Assembly (NCBI GenBank): GCA_033762115.1
Contig: JANRLX010000037.1
Location: 1 to 41,795, forward strand
DNA: 41,795 nt
Reading direction: 5' to 3'
Source: Verrucomicrobiota bacterium
GTDB lineage: Bacteria; Verrucomicrobiota; Verrucomicrobiia; Limisphaerales; SXQI01
Below are positions 1-7,823 of this stretch, in pieces. Positions within the stretch are counted from its first letter, which is position 1; each line of letters starts with the position of its first letter. Both the position numbers and the translations under genes were made by a program. The notes under the pieces were generated by a model. The model saw nothing but the letters and a program-made list of their open reading frames with translations, did no database searches and was not told the DNA's origin.

Positions 1-789
1 AATCACGCTTTGATCAAATTTCCCATCACCAGGAACATTCCAATTGATTTGTCGTTCCGCAGAGGTGGTATTAACGGTTCGATCGGTCCAGTTGCCATCC
101 ATTTCTCCATAGTAGAGATCGGCAGGCCAGGCACCGCGATGGTTTTCATGACCATCCGGCATGATGTCACCTGAATAAGGGACTGGAATATGGCCGAGCA
201 AAAAGAGGGCGCGAACGCGGGTAGGATCATTCTGGTATTCAGCACGGATGGCGTTTCGGATCGAAACAGGGGAGTCACTGGCGGAAAATTGTTTTTTAAT
301 CACAGTCCACCCTTCCAAGGAAAGGTCGCGCTCGAGACGTGAGATTTCGTTCCCAGCGGCCGCCGCAATGGAATTCTCCACGACAAGGATGATTTTGTTA
401 AAATTTTCCAGAACAGGAGCGTTAATTCCTGCGAGAACATAGCCGTGCGCGGTGTAGTTCAAGCTGGTTTGTTTCTGGATGTGGTATTCATACCTGACGC
501 CGGTCTCGACGCCCTGATCTGTCCATGAATTACTGTTCCCACCAAGGGTGGCGCGTTCGGACCAGGAGCTATCACCGAAGCGGCGGCGGATAATTCGATA
601 AGATGTGCCTTCTCCATCATTAAACCAGTGAAGGCGAATTTGCGGTGGGGATTCCTGGGTGGTTACCGACAGCTCCACCGCATGACGTCGTGGAAATTCC
701 ACCCCGCTGATTGAAAAAGTATTAAGAAAAATTAAAAGCGCCACGGCTATTCCGCCCGGCAACAATCCACACCTTCCCACACAGGCCAT
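1..789 (-). CDS. Secreted FN3-like plus peptidase C25 (gingipain)-like domain protein, partial (runs off the left edge)
   Basis: Manually translated open frame absent from the ORF track: MACVGRCGLLPGGIAVALLIFLNTFS (signal-like), FN3-like IRLHW..SYRIIRR..WTDQGVETGVRYEYHI, then IILVVE..LERDLSLEGW..LFLLGHIPVPYSG..PADLYYGEMDGNW resembling the C25 N-terminal part. Alternative in-frame GTG at 795. Confidence 0.7.
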   Translation of the reverse strand, partial: MACVGRCGLLPGGIAVALLIFLNTFSISGVEFPRRHAVELSVTTQESPPQIRLHWFNDGEGTSYRIIRRRFGDSSWSERATLGGNSNSWTDQGVETGVRYEYHIQKQTSLNYTAHGYVLAGINAPVLENFNKIILVVENSIAAAAGNEISRLERDLSLEGWTVIKKQFSASDSPVSIRNAIRAEYQNDPTRVRALFLLGHIPVPYSGDIMPDGHENHRGAWPADLYYGEMDGNWTDRTVNTTSAERQINWNVPGDGKFDQSVI

Positions 790-920
790 ACTCACCAATA
801 ACGCTGAAAGCAAGAGCGGGAAAGATGGTGAGAAACCGGATATGAGACTAGGATTTTACCAACCACGGCGTAAAATCAGCCAAGGAGGGTTCTTTCAGAT
901 TTTCCTCGAATTAGCAGAAG

Positions 921-3900
921 TCACTGTTCGACAATGCGATAAAAACGTTGGGTTTCGTTAACCGTGTCTGAGAGAGAGGAAGAGACTGCGGTGGCGGTGA
1001 TGCTGCCGAGTACTGACCATTCGCTATCTGAGAGGGAGTTTTTGAAATCCACCCTGTAGCTTTCACCGATTTTTGAGTTCCAGGTAATCAGGATTGTCTC
1101 GTTTTCAATCATTGCGCCCGCGCGAAGCGCGTTTGGATCAATTGGAGTATTTGAATGACCGGGAGTTGGGTTGGGCATTGCAATGATACTCTCTCCACCA
1201 TCGACAGAGCGACCTTCGCTGATTCCTTGTGCCTGAGTGCCGAATGTAACGGCATCGATCAATTCTCCTGCCGCGGAAAACAGCGCGATGGTGTCTCCGG
1301 AGCGATCCAGTTTAAAATTGACGTGGAGGTTGTTGGCGGTTGTTTGGGCGCTTTCCTCATCAGCCCAGACGAGCAGAAAGCCACGAGGAGCGATCATGGT
1401 CCCCTCAGGGATGACATATTGTGCCTTGTCGTTAATGTCGTCTGATAAAATGAACCCGGACAGGTCCACTGTTTCGTCACCAGCGTTAAAGAGTTCAAAC
1501 CAATCTTCAAAATCACTATCAGCCGGATCGGCAATGATGTTTGGATTGCTCGCCATGTACTCATTGATGAAGATTTGAGCGGGGGCTGGAGCCGCGTTAT
1601 TAGAGGCGCCGGGTGTGACAAAGAAAAATGCTTCCCTGAACTGGGCCTGGCCATCCGGGACTGCACCCCAGGAACGGCCCGGCAGCAAAGAACTGTAATT
1701 CAGGTAATCAAGAACCACGGGCGCGCCATTTTGATTCCTCACAAGTGCGATGGAGCCAGCGGTGGGATTTAACCGGAAGCTGGCGTGCAATTCGTTTGCT
1801 GTGGTCTCGGCAGTTTCTCCATCCAACCAGATCAGCATGAATTGACCGGGCGAGAGAGTCCTGCCGACAGGAAATTGAAACCGGGTAAGGTTTGTATAGT
1901 TATCAGTCAGAAAGAATTGATCGAGACTCAAAGTTGTGTTCCCGGAATTAAAAAGTTCGACCCATGGTTCCCGTTCCCCGGAGTTGTCAGTGACGCTGTT
2001 CAGGTTTTGTGGGAGCACCTCATTGATCCAGAGCTTTGGAAACGTGGTAAGGGTGGAATGAAGGCTGTTTATGACGCCGGGAGTGGCAATCCCTGGAGCA
2101 GCGCCCCAGTTGGCAACCCGCGTGCCGTCGAGAGCTGGATCGCGCAATTGCAGTGAAGCGCCATCGCCATCAGCGGCAATCGGCCAGGGAGCAGTGTCGT
2201 CGTAAGTGACGCTATCGATGATTAATTCGACACCATTGGTCCCAAGACGCTGGAGCGTGAGGGTTTCTCCGCCGTTATCGAGGTTTCCGGAGTATTCGCC
2301 AATGACAGGGATCAAATTTCCATAAAGGGAATGGAAAACCTCCTGGTTATCTGCAATGACAACAAAGCCACCTGGAGAGATCACCGTCCCGCCCGGAATG
2401 GTGAAATCAACGCCATTAAGGCGGAGGTTCGACAGGTCGAAAGCGATAGTGGATGAGGTGTTATGCAGTTCGATAAAGCCACCATCCTCGACTGGAGGGT
2501 TGTACATGATTTCATTGATAATGACTCGGTCCTGCACATTTTCACCAGCGCCGGTAAATGTGACAGTGATCGTATCCGTGCCGCCTGGGACAAGGAGGCC
2601 ATCTGCATTCAAGCCCTGGATGGACAAGGGATTGGCCCCCGGTTTCAGCGCATACCGCAAGGACCATGTATTCACTCCGGTCCATGTGACCGGGAAGGAA
2701 ACGCCATTCACGAGAATGGATTGCACTTCAACCGGAGCGGTCCCGGTCAATGTGATATGATTTCGGTTTGTGGTGAAGTTGGCACCACCGTTGAACGAGA
2801 TGCCAAAGGACGCTGCGGCATTGGCCAACTCACCTTGAATAAATGAGCGGCGTTGCTCAATCCATTCCTTCATTGATGCGGCGGATTCGACATCAACTCC
2901 GTTGGCGGAAAGGGCTGAGCTTTTGGCATCAATCAGCGGGAAAAGCCGTGAAGGATTCATCGCGTCAACAGTCCTCGCCAGAGCTCGAAGATAAGCTCGT
3001 TTGAAGGGTGGGTACTGCATCATGCGCTGGGTCACCCTGTCGATACTCCCATCGAAATGTGACACGTCGTAGAGATCGTGGGTGGGCCCATCTCCCAAGC
3101 CGAAAGCAAATGCGATGTCCCAATGCAAGAGGTGCCATTTCCCATTTTCAGGTTTGTAGGCATACATGTTTTTTCCGCGTGAATAACCGTAGGCGTCCCA
3201 ATCTCCCACGGCATGACGAATGGCGATGGCTCCCATCCAGTTATCGATGTTGACGAGGTTCTCCACAAGAGTTCCATACGTTGCGGGATCAGCCTGATTC
3301 AATGCATCCACCAGTTTGAAAAGATCATCGTAATCATGAAAGGAGTCACTCACCGCGCGTTTACGGAAAGTCCAACGATACCTTTCACGTTTGTATTCCT
3401 TTTGGTTGGTAATCAGGTTGGTTGTGAAGAACGGGTCCAGAGTTCCATCGATATTCTGAAATCCAAAGGCATCATTGAACTCGAACCAGTCCTCGATTTT
3501 ATAGAGGTCACCATCGGGATCATTGGAAAACCATTGATCGAGCATGTCCTGATTGGGTTGTTGTGAATCCTCGAAAATACTGACTCGCCCGCCTATATCA
3601 TCTCTGAAAACGCCATTGATAAAAAGGTGATGGTAGCGCCTGTGGTTGGATATTTGGCCGATTTCCCGGGCAATCCAGAAGAAAATTTGTTCCCGCACCA
3701 TGGTTGCATCACTGCCGAGATTGGAAGGGAGATTCAGGACGAAGTCAGTCTGGCCGAGCAACCGATCATCTTCAGGAAAATTGAGGACATAATTTGCGTT
3801 GAAGCCAATCGGACTATTATATCCGCCCCAATGGAACGGGCTGCCGCTATATAAAGCCTCCATCTGATAGATGACCCGATCACCGTTGTAAACGAATGTG

Positions 3901-6900
3901 GCATCCACTCCCTTGTTGCTTGATTTATCACGGCTGGCCCAGCGATCCAGGTTCTTTTTACTCAGCCATAAATAGTAACTGGCAAGAGAACCGGGTGGCT
4001 GAGTGTCACCAAACCGGATGACTCCCTCACCGACTGGAGCGTTCGCTGGAAACAGGGAGCGAGCCCCGTTTGCATCCGAAGCATCAATATAAAAAGCGAC
4101 TCCCTGCCCATTCGGCTGGCCAGGAATGACAGCGCTATAAAATCCGGCTCCGTTGTAAGACATGGGGAGTGAGGTGAAAGCATTGGAGCTGTCCAGGCGA
4201 TACTTCAATGTGAGAAAACCGACTCGATCAGGGTCAGTAATTTGAGCGGCCACAGTGACATTCTGGTTTGCCGTTGGGAGGACAGGGAAATGAGTGACTC
4301 CAATAATGGACGGTCCCGCGTTGGTCAGCGCGCGGCTGTTAACCATTCCAGGAGTACCGAGATTCCGAGGCACTTTCAGACGCCCTGCCGCCTCAAGCCA
4401 ATTCCCATGCAACCGAAGGAGTACCTCCGGGTTGCCACGCAGCCATCTGGCCTGAGTGCGCAACGTGGCGATGCTGCCGGGTTGCAGGCCGCTTTTTAAT
4501 TTGCCACGGACGCGATTGGAGGAGAGATCCCCACGCGCCGTTGCTTTCACATGGAGACTTCCGCTGTTTGTGAAGCCGCCAGTGAGGTGGACAACGGTGT
4601 CTTCGTGCGTGCCCTGGGCAAGCCAATCTTTCATTTCCTCTTCAAAATTGCCATTTGAAAGCAGATTTGTTCCGTTGACGCCAATCACTTCGATATTATC
4701 AAAAATCGCTTCACTGGCACCCATCATGAGCAGGTGGAGATTCATGCTGGGATTGACGGAAGAAAAGTTGGTCATTCCATGATTCAAAATGCCTCGATGC
4801 TCAATCGTGACGAACTCACCCTTTTGTGTTTCATCACTGTCAGCCCAACTCGAGCCAAAATCGTTGTCCGCATTGGCATGAAGCAGTTCGAGACTGCTGC
4901 CACCGCCAGCGCTCCATTTTCCCCAGCGCCCACCATCTTCATAACGCACCTCATCGACCAGGATCTGGACGATGTTGGTGACCATTCCTCCCCCTGCGGT
5001 CACGCTTGTGATCAGCTCGGGGCGGGACAATGCGAGGCGTTCTCCCCCGTTCGCCAGGTTGCCGGAAAAATCGCCAATCGTGTTATTGGAATTGAGTTGA
5101 GAGTAATTGTTTAAAAGATTGGTTTTGTTGCGGGCTACGACGAGATAACTCCCCGGCTGCATGGTAATATTGGGAAATTGAAACTCGATTCCATCAGTGA
5201 AACGCCAGCCTGCCAGGTTGATCGCGCGGGTACTGCGATTGTATAATTCAACGAACTCGTCCAGGTCGTCATTTCCCGAAATGGGATCAAACATGATTTC
5301 ATTGATGACAATCTCCGGCAGAAGCGGTTTTTTATTCGATGAACCGGGCGAAATTTGAGAAAGCGGCTGATAGCGTGGATTGCCGTCCGGGAAACGTCCT
5401 GTGGCAATTCCATTCGGTTGAGGTTCAAAACGGATGGCATCCAAAACGCGGGTCCGTTGCGGGTTCATGAAATAGATGGATTCACCCTGTGAACTCAAGG
5501 CGAAGCCAAGCTCTTGTTCATTGAACACTCGAAATCCAAAGGCGGGGATGATTGTCCCGGCGGGAATCCTGAATTTGTTCGTTTCGGGGTTGTCCGTCAG
5601 GATGCAATTGGAAATATCGATTGCCTGTCCACTGTAATTATATAACTCGATAAAATCGGTGAGGGGCGGATCGGTATGGGCGAGAAATTCATTAATCATT
5701 ACCGTTGCAAAGGGGTTGGACACGGTGGGTTCTGCCCGACCGGGAGATCCTCCCATGGTAACACTGGCATCCCAGGCGCGATAATCCCCTTCCCCGTATG
5801 AAGGACGGGCGAGAACCAACGAATGCCCCGCGCCATCAGCTGCGGCGGGATATGGATGCTGGCTGCCGTAACGAGCCTCGAGCAATATGGCGCCAAGTTC
5901 ATTGTGCAACCGGACGGTGCCGCTGCTGTTTTGAAGCGGGTTGTTATAACCGCCAAAAACCTTGGACAATCCGTAAACGCTCTGAACATCAGTGGGAACT
6001 GCCGCGACGACAATGAACCCCCCGGCAGGAATGAAAGTTCCCTCGGGAAAAATAAAATCGGTTGCGCCGGAGATTCGGTAACCACCGATGCTTTCGATGA
6101 CTTCGGAGGAATTATAGAGTTCGATATACTCGAGGTTACGGCCCTGCAGCGGAGCTGGATTGTACATCAACTCGGAAATGACTAATCCGGTCCTGCGGGT
6201 CGAAGCGGACAGCCGCTCTTTTGAGCGGATGGCAATGGAAGGGGGTAATGCAGAGTAATTGTAGGAGAAGTTCGCAATTGAATTGGGGTTGATCAAATTG
6301 GACTGATTGGCGCGGTCTCGAAGGTTGTTGACGGTCACAACGTAGTTACCGCCGAAGGTCAGGGGGGTGGTCTGCAATAAAACCGTGTGGCCATCTTCGT
6401 CAAGGCGGGCGGAGAGAATGACGATCCCCTGGTCAATTCCATAGTTTTGGATATTTTGGGCGGTGGCGATGTTGATGGGTTCGGAAAAGATCAGAATGAC
6501 CTGGTCGTTCTCACCGGAATTGAAAGCGCCTGTCAACATTGGCGCGGTGACATCAGGGTCCACAGACAAAGTGGCCTCAAGGCTGAGATCAGAACCGAAC
6601 TGGTTGGTGACCAGCGCGCGGTATTTTGCACCCCTGTCTGCAATGGTCACGGGAACTCTGAGGCTCAAATTTGTGGCATTTGGAATGGGGCTCCCATTTC
6701 GTTCCCATTGAACCACAACGGGACCTCGATTGATCAAACCGATTGTAAAAGTGGCGATTTCACCTTCGGTTCGGCGGATATTAACCGGGTCAACAGTGAT
6801 CTGGGGAGGAATAATTTCGATCAGCAACTGTGAGTTGGGAATGGGAGTTTCAATCGTGCCATCCGGCAAGGTCCAGCGAACAGTAACGAAGTCGCTGCCG

Positions 6901-7373
6901 TTGCCATCGACGTGCAAGGCTTCGATATAATAACGTTGCCCCTTTACCAGGTTGATGGGATTGGAACGTTGCAGGGGTTCCCCCGCTTCCTCGAAACTAC
7001 GGTAAGGTGTCCAGTTCTGGACCTGGGCAATCAATTGCTTGTTGGCTGGATCGGAGTCGGTGCTTAGAAAAAGACGTGAGCCATCATCACTGGCGATTGC
7101 AAACGTGTACGGGCCGTCCTGGGGCGCAACGATGTAGCCGGAGATTCTTGAGCCATAATAATCCCCGGTATTTTGGGGGGTATCGAAATCAGAAATGGCC
7201 TCTGACGATCCGGGAGCGCCTGGAAACGAAAGGTCATTGGTCAGTGATTCGATGTCTCCAAAAATATTTGGGTAAACCTCTCGAAGGAGACCGTTTTGCG
7301 CTTTGACTTCTACAAGAGAGAGCCAACCAAACAATAAAGGCAGGGATAACGCCTTCAGGATAAAGGTTTTCAC
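921..7373 (-). CDS. Large secreted multidomain protein: PA14, Ig-like, six lamin-tail domains, CotH-like kinase
   Basis: 2150 aa ORF with signal peptide; PA14 motifs (YTFAIASDDGSRLFL, GQRYYIEALH); six LTD starts (ISELMY, INEFLA, INEIMF, INEIMY, INEVLP, INEYMA); CotH-like GDLYK, GDWDAY..KNMYAY, WDIAFAFG. Confidence 0.85.
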   Translation of the reverse strand: MKTFILKALSLPLLFGWLSLVEVKAQNGLLREVYPNIFGDIESLTNDLSFPGAPGSSEAISDFDTPQNTGDYYGSRISGYIVAPQDGPYTFAIASDDGSRLFLSTDSDPANKQLIAQVQNWTPYRSFEEAGEPLQRSNPINLVKGQRYYIEALHVDGNGSDFVTVRWTLPDGTIETPIPNSQLLIEIIPPQITVDPVNIRRTEGEIATFTIGLINRGPVVVQWERNGSPIPNATNLSLRVPVTIADRGAKYRALVTNQFGSDLSLEATLSVDPDVTAPMLTGAFNSGENDQVILIFSEPINIATAQNIQNYGIDQGIVILSARLDEDGHTVLLQTTPLTFGGNYVVTVNNLRDRANQSNLINPNSIANFSYNYSALPPSIAIRSKERLSASTRRTGLVISELMYNPAPLQGRNLEYIELYNSSEVIESIGGYRISGATDFIFPEGTFIPAGGFIVVAAVPTDVQSVYGLSKVFGGYNNPLQNSSGTVRLHNELGAILLEARYGSQHPYPAAADGAGHSLVLARPSYGEGDYRAWDASVTMGGSPGRAEPTVSNPFATVMINEFLAHTDPPLTDFIELYNYSGQAIDISNCILTDNPETNKFRIPAGTIIPAFGFRVFNEQELGFALSSQGESIYFMNPQRTRVLDAIRFEPQPNGIATGRFPDGNPRYQPLSQISPGSSNKKPLLPEIVINEIMFDPISGNDDLDEFVELYNRSTRAINLAGWRFTDGIEFQFPNITMQPGSYLVVARNKTNLLNNYSQLNSNNTIGDFSGNLANGGERLALSRPELITSVTAGGGMVTNIVQILVDEVRYEDGGRWGKWSAGGGSSLELLHANADNDFGSSWADSDETQKGEFVTIEHRGILNHGMTNFSSVNPSMNLHLLMMGASEAIFDNIEVIGVNGTNLLSNGNFEEEMKDWLAQGTHEDTVVHLTGGFTNSGSLHVKATARGDLSSNRVRGKLKSGLQPGSIATLRTQARWLRGNPEVLLRLHGNWLEAAGRLKVPRNLGTPGMVNSRALTNAGPSIIGVTHFPVLPTANQNVTVAAQITDPDRVGFLTLKYRLDSSNAFTSLPMSYNGAGFYSAVIPGQPNGQGVAFYIDASDANGARSLFPANAPVGEGVIRFGDTQPPGSLASYYLWLSKKNLDRWASRDKSSNKGVDATFVYNGDRVIYQMEALYSGSPFHWGGYNSPIGFNANYVLNFPEDDRLLGQTDFVLNLPSNLGSDATMVREQIFFWIAREIGQISNHRRYHHLFINGVFRDDIGGRVSIFEDSQQPNQDMLDQWFSNDPDGDLYKIEDWFEFNDAFGFQNIDGTLDPFFTTNLITNQKEYKRERYRWTFRKRAVSDSFHDYDDLFKLVDALNQADPATYGTLVENLVNIDNWMGAIAIRHAVGDWDAYGYSRGKNMYAYKPENGKWHLLHWDIAFAFGLGDGPTHDLYDVSHFDGSIDRVTQRMMQYPPFKRAYLRALARTVDAMNPSRLFPLIDAKSSALSANGVDVESAASMKEWIEQRRSFIQGELANAAASFGISFNGGANFTTNRNHITLTGTAPVEVQSILVNGVSFPVTWTGVNTWSLRYALKPGANPLSIQGLNADGLLVPGGTDTITVTFTGAGENVQDRVIINEIMYNPPVEDGGFIELHNTSSTIAFDLSNLRLNGVDFTIPGGTVISPGGFVVIADNQEVFHSLYGNLIPVIGEYSGNLDNGGETLTLQRLGTNGVELIIDSVTYDDTAPWPIAADGDGASLQLRDPALDGTRVANWGAAPGIATPGVINSLHSTLTTFPKLWINEVLPQNLNSVTDNSGEREPWVELFNSGNTTLSLDQFFLTDNYTNLTRFQFPVGRTLSPGQFMLIWLDGETAETTANELHASFRLNPTAGSIALVRNQNGAPVVLDYLNYSSLLPGRSWGAVPDGQAQFREAFFFVTPGASNNAAPAPAQIFINEYMASNPNIIADPADSDFEDWFELFNAGDETVDLSGFILSDDINDKAQYVIPEGTMIAPRGFLLVWADEESAQTTANNLHVNFKLDRSGDTIALFSAAGELIDAVTFGTQAQGISEGRSVDGGESIIAMPNPTPGHSNTPIDPNALRAGAMIENETILITWNSKIGESYRVDFKNSLSDSEWSVLGSITATAVSSSLSDTVNETQRFYRIVEQ

Positions 7374-7423
7374 GTGTGAGACCTACTTGTTACGTCCAAT
7401 TGGTTACCTTTGTCAAACTTTCC

Positions 7424-7442
7424 TGTGACAACCATGTGACAG
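7424..7442 (-). promoter_or_regulatory. Pho-box-like 11-bp-period direct repeat (CTGTCAC-ATGG-TTGTCAC) next to TTGACA, upstream of the CotH/LTD gene
   Basis: TGTGACA at 7424-7430 and 7435-7441 on the + strand; TTGACA on the minus strand at 7411-7416. Confidence 0.4.
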
Positions 7443-7582
7443 GGTGAGCAAAGCTCGTTGAATTCTTATTGGGATGCCTGATCATGCCGTGAACCGTTCC
7501 TCCTGCCAAGGAAATCTGTTCCGGGAAAGGAGAGGTATTGATGAGAATAGACTTTTGAGAGCGTCTTCGTTACTCTTTTTGC

Positions 7583-7768
7583 ATGGGTAAGTTGATTGCC
7601 ATTGCAACAGTTGTTTTAACGATACTTGGTTTCGTGCTTGAATCAAAAAGCCCGATCATCAGCGGGATGTGCAAAGCACTGGCTGGAATTGCGTTCATTA
7701 TTTACTTCCTCATCCATGTGTTCCGGGAAGAAGCATTGGAAAGCATTCCCGAAAAAAAATCGCACTGA
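7583..7768 (+). CDS. Small two-TM membrane protein, hypothetical
   Basis: 61 aa with two hydrophobic segments and a charged tail; fills an intergenic gap; TAGACT-17-TACTCT-6-ATG promoter geometry. Confidence 0.65.
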   Translation: MGKLIAIATVVLTILGFVLESKSPIISGMCKALAGIAFIIYFLIHVFREEALESIPEKKSH

Positions 7769-7823
7769 GGAGTGTCTGACCCTCGCTGCCAGCAAGCCCT
7801 GCTGAGATTAGCCTCTGACGAGG

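Noticed and set aside
3..442. ORF-track entries 3..278 and 248..442
   Set aside because: They overlap the longer, protein-like frame 1-789 on the minus strand.
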